From contig JALVOT010000015.1 in assembly GCA_027026255.1 (NCBI GenBank), positions 413-64,412 of the forward strand: a DNA stretch of 64,000 nt, read 5' to 3'. The notes below the pieces were generated by a model that was given only the letters and a program-made list of their open reading frames with translations, was not told the DNA's origin and ran no database searches. Source of the DNA: a candidate division WOR-3 bacterium. GTDB lineage: Bacteria > Hydrothermota > Tepidihabitantia > SM23-42. The position numbers were made by a program, and so were the translations under genes. Shown here one piece after another: positions 1 to 9,903 of this stretch. Numbering within the stretch: position 1 is the first letter of the stretch; each line of letters begins with the position of its first letter.

Positions 1-61
1 GATAGCGGAAAAGAAAAAAGGTTATTTTGGGCAAGTAATATAGAACAGAAAGGAGGAAATA

Positions 62-889
62 ATGAAGAAACTGATTCTTGCTGGATTAACAATTGCCCTG
101 ATGTTTATTATTGGTTGTGGCGGTGCTGCGTTACTGCAGGCACCAAAGATTACCGGAGTGGTTGCGGATTCCAATTCCGTAACATTAACCTGGGAAGCAG
201 ATACGACAATTGAGAATGATACTGATTTTCAGGGTTACAATGTCTATGTCTCTACGGATTCAACCGAACTTCTGGTTTCCGATGGTGAGAATTTGAACAA
301 ATTCAATGCAACAGTAATAACCGGTAATACCTATACGGTTACCGGTTTGAGTAAGGATACTGTTTACTATTTTCAGGTGCGGACGGTAAATACCGATGAT
401 AAGGTGGGAGATTATAATACTGATGTGCCCTATGTCCAGATGTCACCGAGACCTGGATATGTAATTGGACAGTTGACTATGGAAATTAGTAGCGCGGATT
501 CAAATGAAACCGGTTGTGCATTAAGGTTTGAGACCGGTGAGGTTCTTGATGAGGTGAATGGTGAATTTCCTAATGCCGATGTCTTTGCGGATAAGGTTGA
601 TGCCGACAGTGCCCAGCTTGTTACGGCAAGTGCTCGAACCAATGGAAGGAGCACATTAATTGCAAAGCTTGACACAACCGTTTATTCGTATGATAACTGG
701 GATTTCAGTGGATATACATTTGGTAATGATGACCGACAGGTGATTAGGATAAATGATCTATTACTCTGTAAGACCGAAGAAGGCAATTATGTGAAGGTTT
801 TGATTCAGGATGTTGATCTTACCAACAATACAGTGAGTCTGAAATTTGCCTACCAGAATCTTGCTGATTATCCATATCTCTCTCCATAA
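62..889 (+). CDS. Lipoprotein with fibronectin type III domain and uncharacterised C-terminal beta domain
   Basis: AGGAGG SD; lipobox FIIG-C; FN3 motifs (SVTLTW...GYNVYVS...YTVTGL...YYFQVRTV). Confidence 0.75.
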   Translation: MKKLILAGLTIALMFIIGCGGAALLQAPKITGVVADSNSVTLTWEADTTIENDTDFQGYNVYVSTDSTELLVSDGENLNKFNATVITGNTYTVTGLSKDTVYYFQVRTVNTDDKVGDYNTDVPYVQMSPRPGYVIGQLTMEISSADSNETGCALRFETGEVLDEVNGEFPNADVFADKVDADSAQLVTASARTNGRSTLIAKLDTTVYSYDNWDFSGYTFGNDDRQVIRINDLLLCKTEEGNYVKVLIQDVDLTNNTVSLKFAYQNLADYPYLSP

Positions 890-907
890 TCTGGATAGAT
901 AAACTCT

Positions 908-936
908 GGGGGTGACATTGATGTCACCCCCTTTTT
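908..936. terminator. Intrinsic terminator hairpin between convergent genes
   Basis: Perfect inverted repeat GGGGGTGACAT-TG-ATGTCACCCCC followed by a T-run on +. Confidence 0.75.
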
Positions 937-1259
937 GTTTGAACACATTCTTCTATCCAGTCAAGATATGGTTTATATCCTTTTTCTATTGACCAGGAAA
1001 TGATTTCTGGAACTTCATAGGGATGATGCTGTTTTATAAGTTTCTCTAATTTTTTATAATTCGCCTTTTTTGTTTTTATAAAGGCACCATATTCAGCGGA
1101 ATGTTCAATTTTTCCCTTCCAGCGATAGATTGAGGATATTTTAAATATATTGGCGCAGGCGATAATTTTTTTATGAATTAATAAATTTATTATTTTTTTT
1201 GCTGAATTGAGATTGGGGAATGTGGTATAGATAATAATAAATGTTTTATCTGATTTCAT
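924..1259 (-). CDS. cutA: Divalent-cation tolerance protein CutA
   Basis: IACANI, SIYRWKGKIE, HHPYEVPEII motifs; start placed at ATG 1259 (GGAGG SD, TAATG overlap with mgtE stop). Confidence 0.9.
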   Translation of the reverse strand: MKSDKTFIIIYTTFPNLNSAKKIINLLIHKKIIACANIFKISSIYRWKGKIEHSAEYGAFIKTKKANYKKLEKLIKQHHPYEVPEIISWSIEKGYKPYLDWIEECVQTKRG

Positions 1260-2599
1260 TATAACCTCCACAGCAGTATCATCGTTATATTGAAATAGAT
1301 AAGCAGCGTGGTGGAATCAAGAATTGTGGTAATCAGGGGTCCGGACATCAAGGCTGGGTCAACCCCGAGTTTTTTAAATACAATAGGCAGAATACCACCC
1401 AGGGATGTTGCGATTACAATTGCTACAATCATTGCCACAGCAACCGTAAAGCCGAGCATTATATCACCCTGGAGTATAAATGCCCGAAGTGCGGTTATAA
1501 ATCCAGCAATGATACCGGTAAGGATTCCAATTAAAAATTCTTTACGCACTACCCGCCAGAGGTCGGCAAGTTTTATTTCTCCGGTGGCAAGTCCGCGTAC
1601 GACAAATGTTGCCGCCTGGGTTCCTGCGCTGCCACTGGTATTCATCAGTATGGGAATGAAGAAACTGAGTGTAACGAGGTTGGAAAAGAGAAATGAATAA
1701 TACTCTAAGATTGTGCCAGAAATGAATCCGGCCAAAGAGAGGATTATCAACCAGATTACTCTTTTTTTGGCGATGGAAAAGGCACTTGCCGACATATACT
1801 GTTCCGGGGCCTCTGATGCACCAAATCGAAAGATGTCCTCGGTTGCCTCTTCTTCAATAACATCCAGGACATCATCAGCAGTAATAACTCCCTTCATCCT
1901 GCCCAATGTATCTAAGACCGGGAGTGAAACCTCATCATATTTTTCAAAGACCTTTGACACTTCCTCCTGGTCCATATCCAAATTTACGCTGACAAAGTGT
2001 TTATTCATTACTCTGTCAACCTTACGATTTGGACTTGTTGTAAGCAGGTCCTTTAAGGGAATAATTCCTTTCAGACGATTAACCTTATCAACGACATATA
2101 TATTCTGTATAAAATCGATATCCTTTGCTTTAGTTCTGACAATTTTTAATACCTGCCCGATTGTAATATTCTCAGGCACAGTAATATAGTCGGTGGTCAT
2201 TAAACCACCTGCAGTATTCTTTTTGTATGCAAGTAGTTCGCGTGCCTTTACCTGTTCTCCTTCTTCAAGTAATGGAATGAGGTCTTCTACTTCTTCTTTG
2301 GGAAGAAGGGCGAAGAAGTCGGTTCGGTCATCAGGCGACATTTCATTAAGAATCGCCTTTTTCTTTTCCGGGGATAGAACCTTGAGTAATTCCAGTTTGA
2401 ACTTATCATCAAGAAATTCAAATATATCAGCAGCAAATTTTGTATCTAAGGAGTTGAACAGGGTCAGTCTTTCTTCAGGAGTTAACTCGGGCCAGGTCTC
2501 GGCAATGTCAGCCGGTTCAAAATATGATATTACCTTTCGAATTGTCCTTTTCTTCCTGCTGGCAATAAGTTCTCTTATTTCGGGTAATATAAATCGCAT
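1259..2599 (-). CDS. mgtE: Magnesium transporter MgtE
   Basis: MgtE N-domain, CBS pair (TAGGLMT, GVITADD), TM region (GSAGTQAAT, DPALMSGPLITTILD). Confidence 0.95.
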   Translation of the reverse strand: MRFILPEIRELIASRKKRTIRKVISYFEPADIAETWPELTPEERLTLFNSLDTKFAADIFEFLDDKFKLELLKVLSPEKKKAILNEMSPDDRTDFFALLPKEEVEDLIPLLEEGEQVKARELLAYKKNTAGGLMTTDYITVPENITIGQVLKIVRTKAKDIDFIQNIYVVDKVNRLKGIIPLKDLLTTSPNRKVDRVMNKHFVSVNLDMDQEEVSKVFEKYDEVSLPVLDTLGRMKGVITADDVLDVIEEEATEDIFRFGASEAPEQYMSASAFSIAKKRVIWLIILSLAGFISGTILEYYSFLFSNLVTLSFFIPILMNTSGSAGTQAATFVVRGLATGEIKLADLWRVVRKEFLIGILTGIIAGFITALRAFILQGDIMLGFTVAVAMIVAIVIATSLGGILPIVFKKLGVDPALMSGPLITTILDSTTLLIYFNITMILLWRL

Positions 2600-2604
2600 T
2601 ATTT

Positions 2605-2632
2605 AGTTTATCCTAAAATTTGTATTAGTCAA
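2605..2632 (-). promoter_or_regulatory. sigma70-like promoter of mgtE (leaderless)
   Basis: TTGACT-N16-TAAACT, ATG 5 nt downstream. Confidence 0.6.
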
Positions 2633-2661
2633 GGCGGCTGAGAATTTTTTAGACCCGGAAC

Positions 2662-2689
2662 TTGACATTATAAAAAGATTAATTATAAT
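2662..2689 (+). promoter_or_regulatory. sigma70-like promoter of selAB (leaderless)
   Basis: TTGACA-N16-TATAAT, ATG 5 nt downstream, no SD. Confidence 0.75.
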
Positions 2690-2694
2690 CTGGT

Positions 2695-4086
2695 ATGAAT
2701 AAAAATGAAATTCTGAGGCAGATTCCCTCGGTTGATACGATATTAAACTGGCCTGAGATTACAGATTATGCATCAAACATAAGTAATTTATATTTAGCCG
2801 ACCTCGTGCGAAAAATCGTGGATGAATTTAGAAAAAAGATTGGTGCCGGTAAAGATTTGAAGATCGCTGATTTGAAATCAGATATCCTTAATCAATTGAA
2901 GGAATTGACCGAGCCGTACTTCTGCTATGCAATTAATGGGCTGGGTATTATTCTCCATACGGGCCTGGGGCGGGCACCATTTGCAAGGGGCATAGATAAT
3001 GCACTGTTTTCAGTCGCCCAGGGGTATTCCCGTTTGCAGATTGATGATGAGGGTCGGCGGGCGGATCGCTACCAAAAGATTAATCTTCTTTTGCAGATTT
3101 TAACCGGGGCAGAGGGTGGAATCATTGTTAATAATAACGCCGGGGCAACTCTTTTGATATTAAACGAACTGGCAAAAGGCAGGGAAGTAATTGTTTCCCG
3201 GGGACAGCTTGTTGAGATTGGCGGTTCGTTCAGGATTCCGGAAATTATGGCTCAGAGCGGTGCGATTATGCGTGAGGTGGGCACAACCAATCGTACCCAT
3301 CTCAGGGATTATGAATCGGCAATAAACGAAAATACCGCGGCAATTTTGCGTGTTCACCAATCCAATTATCAGATAAGGGGTTTCACCAAAGAGGTGTCTT
3401 TGACAGAACTTATACAACTTGGCAAGAAATATAACCTTCCTGTGATTGATGATTTAGGGAGTGGTGCATTGGTTGACCTTTCAAAATATGGTTTACCAAA
3501 GGAACCCCTTATTCAAGAGAGTATCAAGGCCGGCGCCGATATTGTCTGCTTCAGCGGTGATAAACTTATCGGCGGTCCCCAGTGTGGTATTATTATCGGC
3601 AGGGATAAGTATATTAAGGCGATTAAGAAAAATCCCCTTACCCGGGCATTGCGCTGTGATAAACTTACGAATGTTGCTTTAGAGGCGACGCTCAGGGTCT
3701 TTCTTTTGCCGGAGCAGGAGATAGTTAAGGAACATACTGTATTTAAGATAATCTTAAAACCGCTTAATTTAATAAAGAAGCAGGCAGCTCGATGTGCCCG
3801 GATATTAAAGAAGAAATTTGGAAAGCGTTTAGAGGCCAGGGTGCGTTCAGACTTTTCAGAGACCGGTGGTGGTTCATTAAGCACCGAGCAATTACCGACA
3901 TATATTGTTGCGGTGAGGGTGAAAAAGATTTCGGTTTCACAACTGGCACGAAGGTTGCGTCGGTATAGGGTCCCTGTTTTCGGCAGAATTTCTGAAGATG
4001 AATATATCCTTGATTTTCGCACGATTTTACCGGGTGAGGAAAAGATTATCATTAAGGCGTTTGAGGAAATTCTGGGTAATGAATAA
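2695..4086 (+). CDS. selA: L-seryl-tRNA(Sec) selenium transferase
   Basis: INGLGIILHTGLGRA, VNNNAGA, SRGQLVEIGGSFRIP, EVGTTNRT, PLP-lysine motif FSGDKLIGGPQCG. Confidence 0.97.
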   Translation: MNKNEILRQIPSVDTILNWPEITDYASNISNLYLADLVRKIVDEFRKKIGAGKDLKIADLKSDILNQLKELTEPYFCYAINGLGIILHTGLGRAPFARGIDNALFSVAQGYSRLQIDDEGRRADRYQKINLLLQILTGAEGGIIVNNNAGATLLILNELAKGREVIVSRGQLVEIGGSFRIPEIMAQSGAIMREVGTTNRTHLRDYESAINENTAAILRVHQSNYQIRGFTKEVSLTELIQLGKKYNLPVIDDLGSGALVDLSKYGLPKEPLIQESIKAGADIVCFSGDKLIGGPQCGIIIGRDKYIKAIKKNPLTRALRCDKLTNVALEATLRVFLLPEQEIVKEHTVFKIILKPLNLIKKQAARCARILKKKFGKRLEARVRSDFSETGGGSLSTEQLPTYIVAVRVKKISVSQLARRLRRYRVPVFGRISEDEYILDFRTILPGEEKIIIKAFEEILGNE

Positions 4087-5989
4087 AAGGCATATTGTAA
4101 TCGGTACTGCCGGCCATATTGATCATGGTAAGAGTGCTTTGATAAAGAAACTCACCGGTGTTGACCCGGATCGATTAAAAGAAGAGAAGGAACGTGGAAT
4201 GACCACCGACCTCGGTTTTGCATTTTATGGTGATAATGCTACAATCATTGATGTCCCGGGCCATGAAAAATTCGTGCGTCATATGGTTGCTGGAGCAAGC
4301 ACCATAGATTTTGTATTATTTGTTATCGCGTCTGATGACGGTGTAATGCCCCAGACGATTGAACATCTTGATATTTTGAAATTGCTTGCGATAAAAAAGG
4401 GGCTGGTGGTAATAACCAAAAAAGATTTAGTTGAAGAAGCACGGGTTGAGGCGGTGAAACAAGAAGTGCGTGAACTTATGAAGAATACTTTTCTTGAAGA
4501 AGCGCCGATTATTGCGGTTTCCAATCTTACCGGAGAGGGTATCGATGAGGTGAAAAAATGGTTGGATGACCTTATAACAAAGGTTAAGGCAAAAAAGGAT
4601 CGGGGAATATTTCGATTATTTATTGACAGAGCTTTTATCATTAAAGGTTTTGGCACGATAGTTGCTGGAACCGTGCTTTCCGGAAGGATAAAGGTGGGGG
4701 ATACCCTTGAATTGCTGCCTTTGAAGAAAAAGGTTAAGGTGAGGGGACTCGAGGTTCATAATAAAAAGGTTCAGGAGGTAGGTACCGGGTTTCGCTGTGC
4801 CTTGAATATTATCGGAGCAGAGAAACAGACAATTTCAAGGGGGGATGTTCTTGCCCAACCTGGATTTTATGAACCTTCAAATTTTTTAAATGCTTCTCTA
4901 TATCTTTTGTATTCGGCAGGTAAACCATTAAAGAGTTTTACACGACTCAGGGTACATCTTGGCACCAAAGAAATATTGGGCAGGGTGGTGATTCTTGAAC
5001 AAAAGGAGTTATCACCTGGAGAAAAGGCGATGGTTCAATTCCGTTTAGAAAGTCCGGTCGTGAGTGATGTGAATGATCGATATGTGATAAGAACTTATTC
5101 ACCTCAGAGGACGATTGGCGGTGGGGTCATTATTGAACCCAAGGCAGTAAAGGTAAAGGGGTTTGACGAAAAATTGATTCAGCATCTTCAAAGGATTGAG
5201 GCTGCAGAGCCGGTGGTTATGGTTGAAGAGAATCTGCTGCTCAATTTTGAACTGCCAAGAAAGGTTGATGAAATCAGTTATGAGCTTAATCTGGATCGGT
5301 CTGAAGTAAATGATTTAATTGCTCAATTGATAAAAGATAAAAAGATTATCTGTATTGATAAAAAACGCAGTCTGTATTATCACCGGGAGAATTATGAGAA
5401 ATTAAAGAAGATTATTCTTGAAAATCTTGCCGAGTATCATAAAAAGAATCCAGCCCATATCGGTATGTCCCAGCAGATGTTACTCAAAAAGATTAGTCCG
5501 GGTCTTGATAAGAGCCTTTTGAATTTTACCCTTTGGGGACTGGCTGAGGAGAAGAAGGTGAGGCTCAGCGGTGATAAGGTCTGTCTATTTGATTTTGCAG
5601 TAAAACTTGAGCCAGTATTGGACCGAATGGCAAAGGCGATTGAGGATATTTATCTTAAGACGGGTTATAAAACACCAGGTTATGATGAACTTAAAATGCG
5701 CGGGCTTGGTCCGGAAAAGGCTTTAAAACAGGTTTATCAATATCTGCTTGATTCTGGAGTTCTTATCCAGGTTGGTGAGGCAAGGGTATTCCATAGAAAG
5801 TATGTTGAAGATGCTGAAAGGCGATTGGTAGAGTTTTTACGCAGCCATAATGAAATCAGGGTTTCTCAGTTCAGGGATTTAATTGGGGCGACCCGAAAAT
5901 ATGCGCTTCCCCTTTTAGTCTATTTTGATACAAATAATGTTACAATAAAGAGAGGAGAGGTAAGGGTGCTGGGGCAGAAATACCGCTAA
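4079..5989 (+). CDS. selB: Selenocysteine-specific elongation factor SelB
   Basis: [23 protein letters not shown] GTPase motifs; C-terminal winged helix ([16 protein letters not shown]); start placed at ATG 4079 overlapping the selA end. Confidence 0.97.
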   Translation: MNKRHIVIGTAGHIDHGKSALIKKLTGVDPDRLKEEKERGMTTDLGFAFYGDNATIIDVPGHEKFVRHMVAGASTIDFVLFVIASDDGVMPQTIEHLDILKLLAIKKGLVVITKKDLVEEARVEAVKQEVRELMKNTFLEEAPIIAVSNLTGEGIDEVKKWLDDLITKVKAKKDRGIFRLFIDRAFIIKGFGTIVAGTVLSGRIKVGDTLELLPLKKKVKVRGLEVHNKKVQEVGTGFRCALNIIGAEKQTISRGDVLAQPGFYEPSNFLNASLYLLYSAGKPLKSFTRLRVHLGTKEILGRVVILEQKELSPGEKAMVQFRLESPVVSDVNDRYVIRTYSPQRTIGGGVIIEPKAVKVKGFDEKLIQHLQRIEAAEPVVMVEENLLLNFELPRKVDEISYELNLDRSEVNDLIAQLIKDKKIICIDKKRSLYYHRENYEKLKKIILENLAEYHKKNPAHIGMSQQMLLKKISPGLDKSLLNFTLWGLAEEKKVRLSGDKVCLFDFAVKLEPVLDRMAKAIEDIYLKTGYKTPGYDELKMRGLGPEKALKQVYQYLLDSGVLIQVGEARVFHRKYVEDAERRLVEFLRSHNEIRVSQFRDLIGATRKYALPLLVYFDTNNVTIKRGEVRVLGQKYR

Positions 5990-6095
5990 TTACCTCAGTC
6001 CATCCGGTTGCTTCGGTTGAAATTCTTATGAGTTTAATGTTTTCCCCTGTGGGTTAAAAACAGATACAAGGCGGAAGTGGAAAGGAATTAAAGAT

Positions 6096-6189
6096 TGGCG
6101 GAGGCGTGTAGGAATCGAACCTACCGTCCCCCTTTCGAAGGACACCTGGATTTGAAGTCCAGTAGGCACACCAGCACCTATCCGCCTCC
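6096..6189 (-). tRNA. selC: tRNA-Sec (anticodon UCA)
   Basis: Folds by hand as GGAGGCGG-AT-AGGTGC TGGT GTGCCT-ACTGGA CTTCAAA TCCAGG-long variable arm-GTAGG TTCGATT CCTAC-ACGCCTCC-GCCA; 94 nt; adjacent to selAB. Confidence 0.95.
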
Positions 6190-6198
6190 AGCATCTTA

Positions 6199-6226
6199 AT
6201 TTTAATTAAAATAGTTAAAAAGTCAA
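6199..6226 (-). promoter_or_regulatory. Promoter of selC
   Basis: TTGACT-N16-TAAAAT, 9 nt upstream of the tRNA 5' end. Confidence 0.6.
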
Positions 6227-6588
6227 TGGTGATGCATTGATTAATACATTCAGGTGTAAATTGGGTATATTGCTGTGCACCCATTGGTGCATCACTTCCC
6301 TTTTATCAATATTGTGCATCTATAATTCAGCATGGAACGGGATTAGCGGATTAGGGTAAGCAAAGTTTTAAAATTTCGAGAGATTAGATTGCCCTTAAAA
6401 ATAATATGAGGATTGAGTTTGTGTTCTATAATATCACGGGTTAAAAGGTATAAAATTGGCGGGGACAAAGTGCTGTTGTGAACAGAAAACAGATGATGAA
6501 GGCAGCCGTGATTTCCAGCTGGTTTATATTTTCCTATTTATCGATTGGATGATTAGAATAAGGTTGTAAAGCGTTGGTAGTATTCTTT

Positions 6589-7344
6589 TTAAGTCTTTAG
6601 AATACGCTGCATTGAGCGGTGCAGGATTTCAATATCCACCTTGGTGACCAATTTGCCCTGATAGGCAAATGATATATAACCGGTCTCTTCTGATACCACA
6701 ATACAAAGGGCATCGGTCTGTTCACTAATCCCCAGCGCCGCACGGTGCCTCAGGCCATAGCGATCTCCTAAATCAGGATTTTCACTTAATGGTAGAACAC
6801 ATCCGGCCGCAGCAATCTTATCTTCCTGTATAACACAGGCACCATCGTGAAGCGGGGTGTCGGGAAAGAATATCGTCCTTAATAAAGAAGAGTTTACCTG
6901 GGCATCGATTCTAACCCCTGTTTCAATAATATCATTAAGCCCATCATTGTTCTGGATTAAAATTAAGGCACCGATATTTTCTTCTGACATTCTTTTGACC
7001 GCATCCAATATTTCATCAAAAACTGCGCTTTGTTCAACTTTTAAAAAGAATTTGACCGGACGCTGTCGGCCGATACGGGCTAAGGCATTTCTTATCTCTG
7101 GTTGAAAGACAATAACAAAGGCAACGACCCAGATTGTTAAGATTGAATTCATAATCCAGGAGAGTGCCTTGAGGTCAAGCCAGCGGGCAATAAAGGAGAT
7201 TACAAAGAATATGACCAGGCCGACAAGGATTGAGGTGGCCTTGGTGCCTTTGATGAATTTAAAGAATGCATATAAAAGTATTGTCACAACTATAATATCG
7301 ATAATATCAATACCACGCAGCGGCAGGAATCCAAAGAGTTTCAT
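6589..7344 (-). CDS. cdaA: Diadenylate cyclase CdaA (DacA)
   Basis: Three N-terminal TM helices, FQPEIR, LHDGA and GLRHRAA catalytic motifs, VSEETG. Confidence 0.95.
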   Translation of the reverse strand: MKLFGFLPLRGIDIIDIIVVTILLYAFFKFIKGTKATSILVGLVIFFVISFIARWLDLKALSWIMNSILTIWVVAFVIVFQPEIRNALARIGRQRPVKFFLKVEQSAVFDEILDAVKRMSEENIGALILIQNNDGLNDIIETGVRIDAQVNSSLLRTIFFPDTPLHDGACVIQEDKIAAAGCVLPLSENPDLGDRYGLRHRAALGISEQTDALCIVVSEETGYISFAYQGKLVTKVDIEILHRSMQRILKT

Positions 7345-8516
7345 CTCACAATCCTGTCAATTAAAAGGGCGACCTTTTTTGCCGGTTTAACATCATGCAT
7401 TCTGATGATATCAGCGCCGTTTTTTATGAGCAGGGCTTCAACCCCGAGGGTGCCTTCAAGCCTCTGCTCAACTGAAAGATTAAATGGTATGCCGATAAAA
7501 GATTTTCTTGAATGGCCAACAAGTATTGGACGATTCAGGGACTTGAATTCTTTAAGACGGCGAATGATTTCATAGTTGTCTTCAAGCCTCTTACCAAAAC
7601 CCAGCCCGGGGTCTATTATTATCCTCTCCGGTTCAATACCAGATTGAAGCGCGAAGTCTATTCTTTTTCTCAAATAGTTATATATTTCGTCCATCAAATC
7701 ATCATAATAGGGGTTTTTTTGCATTGTCCTTGGGGTTCCTTTGATGTGCATAATAACAACTCCAACCTTATTCCTGGCGACTATCCTGGCGAGTCTTTTA
7801 TCAAAGCTCAGGCCGGATATATCGTTTATGATACTGGCACCTTCTTTTATGGCAAATTCAGCTACCCCTGCCTTATATGTATCAATAGATATTGGAATCT
7901 TAAATTTTTTTACAATTCCAGGTAGAATTTTTTTGAGTCTTGCAATCTCTTCTTTTTCATCAACCCTTAGGGCACCGGGTCGGGTCGATTCTGCCCCAAT
8001 ATCGATGAAATCCGCACCCGCTTTAATCATATCCTGGATTGTCTTTTCAATCTGAAATAAATCAGTAAATCTGCTTCCCGGATAGAATGAATCCGGGGTG
8101 ATATTGATAACGCCCATAATCAGGGTGCGGTTGAGTTTAATGTTTTTGTTTTTGATACGCAGAACAGGTTTTCGGGATTGGTTGATAAATTTTGATAGTT
8201 GCTGATGAAGGTTTTTCAGGAGGGGCTGTTTTCTGAGCCGGGTAATAATTTTATCAATTTCTCTGTGGTTTGCAAAGAGGATTGCATTGAATCTTTTATT
8301 TTTACGACATTCATATACATCCCTGGGAATGGCGAGGTCGGCGCCGGACAGAAGTGCTGTTTGCTTTAGGATATTTGCCTGGGCAGTGCTCAGGTTGTCG
8401 ATTTTGATAATATGATAATTTAATTTTTTCATAAAGATATTGTATGCCCGGGGATCCAGCTTCAATTTTTTAAATTCCTGTAAGGCACATTTTTTGTTAA
8501 GTATAAGCAAACGCAT
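7341..8516 (-). CDS. folP: Dihydropteroate synthase with N-terminal extension
   Basis: MGVINITPDSF, DIGAESTRPG, IIDPGLGFGK, SRKSF, IIRMHDV. Confidence 0.95.
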   Translation of the reverse strand: MRLLILNKKCALQEFKKLKLDPRAYNIFMKKLNYHIIKIDNLSTAQANILKQTALLSGADLAIPRDVYECRKNKRFNAILFANHREIDKIITRLRKQPLLKNLHQQLSKFINQSRKPVLRIKNKNIKLNRTLIMGVINITPDSFYPGSRFTDLFQIEKTIQDMIKAGADFIDIGAESTRPGALRVDEKEEIARLKKILPGIVKKFKIPISIDTYKAGVAEFAIKEGASIINDISGLSFDKRLARIVARNKVGVVIMHIKGTPRTMQKNPYYDDLMDEIYNYLRKRIDFALQSGIEPERIIIDPGLGFGKRLEDNYEIIRRLKEFKSLNRPILVGHSRKSFIGIPFNLSVEQRLEGTLGVEALLIKNGADIIRMHDVKPAKKVALLIDRIVR

Positions 8517-8521
8517 AATTT

Positions 8522-8550
8522 ATTATATATATAAATGGTGTTTAAGTCAA
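8522..8550 (-). promoter_or_regulatory. Promoter of folP-cdaA (leaderless)
   Basis: TTGACT-N17-TATAAT, ATG 5 nt downstream. Confidence 0.65.
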
Positions 8551-8581
8551 TAAGAATGGCTGTGTTTTCAAAAACGAACAC

Positions 8582-8609
8582 TTGACATATTGCAAATTTT
8601 TTATATAAT
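8582..8609 (+). promoter_or_regulatory. Promoter of M23 peptidase gene
   Basis: TTGACA-N16-TATAAT, ATG 8 nt downstream, no SD. Confidence 0.7.
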
Positions 8610-8617
8610 CTCATCCT

Positions 8618-9541
8618 ATGGCAAATTTTGTTGATATAATTCTTGTTTCGAAAAGTCGTAATTTTTTCCGCAGTATTAGACTCTCAACCGGTCTGACGAT
8701 TGTGGGTATAATAATATTTGCATTAATTTTTATCTCAACCGTTGTTCTTTCTATCTATAATATTCACCGGGCATATTCCTCGGTTGAATTCAGGTATCAG
8801 GAAAATGAGAATAAACAATTATTGAGAAAATTGGATTCATTAGAGCATTATTTGAGTTTGAGCGAATCAAAATTTAATCAATATATCGTCCAGGATATCC
8901 GGGAACGGACATACTGGCAGATGGCTTATATCCATCCCGATGTCTGGTCAATGGGTATCGGTGGTAAGAAGTATAAGCCCATTAATAAAACAGTTTCTGA
9001 ACATATCAACCGCAAACTTAATGAAATCTATGAAACACTTGATATATTAAAGGGTAAATATATGTTAAGAAAGTCAAGTCTTGTCCAGCTTTATCAGAAG
9101 CAAAACAAGGAGTTTCAACTCTGGTCTCATATTCCATCAATTAATCCGATTCCGGGCCGTAGAATCGGTTCTGGTTTTGGTTATCGTGTTGACCCTATTG
9201 ATAAGAAGACGATTAGAATGCACTGGGGTGTAGATATTGGAGCGCCTAAGGGGACATTGATTTATGCAACCGCCGATGGTGTTGTTTCATATGTGGGCTG
9301 GAATCACGGATATGGTTTGATGGTTGATATTGACCACGGGTATGGATTTCGAACCCGATATGCCCATTGCAGTAGTGTCTGTGTAAAGGTGGGCGATGTC
9401 GTAAAACGGGGCCAGGCAATTGCCCGGGTCGGAAATACAGGACGAACCACCTGTCCTCATCTTCATTATGAGGTGCATGTCTCCGGAGTGAAAGTTAATC
9501 CGGTAAAATATATTACCGTTGCCGCGACCATAACTGACTGA
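8618..9541 (+). CDS. Membrane-anchored M23 family peptidoglycan metallopeptidase
   Basis: N-terminal TM, coiled coil, HWGVD (HxxxD), YAH, PHLHYEV (HxH). Confidence 0.92.
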   Translation: MANFVDIILVSKSRNFFRSIRLSTGLTIVGIIIFALIFISTVVLSIYNIHRAYSSVEFRYQENENKQLLRKLDSLEHYLSLSESKFNQYIVQDIRERTYWQMAYIHPDVWSMGIGGKKYKPINKTVSEHINRKLNEIYETLDILKGKYMLRKSSLVQLYQKQNKEFQLWSHIPSINPIPGRRIGSGFGYRVDPIDKKTIRMHWGVDIGAPKGTLIYATADGVVSYVGWNHGYGLMVDIDHGYGFRTRYAHCSSVCVKVGDVVKRGQAIARVGNTGRTTCPHLHYEVHVSGVKVNPVKYITVAATITD

Positions 9542-9856
9542 GATTTTTATTTATTCTCTTTTAACATCAGGCCTTTAATTTAACAAATCTGTTCAAGCAA
9601 CAGAGACTCGTTCAATATTTCCTGATAATGATACACACAGTTTCTGTCGCCCGGGGAACTTTGATACCTTTATGTTATTATGGAAAAACTATATCGGTAC
9701 TGCAGACATCCGCATCGACGGCAAGTATTACAAATAACCTGGTATCGGCTGGAGCCGTTCAGAATTTCCGGATGGTTAATGGTTATCTATGCTTGGTGAA
9801 TCATCATCGACGGCTATCTTTATAGTTTTGGTAATCCGGATTCGTTCTCTGGATAC

Positions 9857-9884
9857 TTGATTTTATAAGGAATATTGTTATAAT
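9857..9884 (+). promoter_or_regulatory. Promoter of BNR-repeat gene
   Basis: TTGATT-N16-TATAAT followed by AAGGAGG SD and ATG 9904. Confidence 0.55.
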
Positions 9885-9903
9885 ATATATGAAGGAGGTA
9901 AAT

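Noticed and set aside
3998-4078. Longer selB start given by the ORF track
   Set aside because: Overlaps selA by about 90 nt; SelB similarity begins at ATG 4079
6054-6284. 76-aa minus-strand ORF
   Set aside because: Runs through the tRNA-Sec gene and its promoter; spurious
6230-6588. Possible relic of cdaR/ybbR downstream of cdaA
   Set aside because: Only a short hydrophobic stretch (LEITAAFIICFLF) is visible; not enough to call
9545-9850. 65-aa ORF or possible gene relic after the M23 gene
   Set aside because: Coding-like composition but no recognisable motif in the frames examined and no SD
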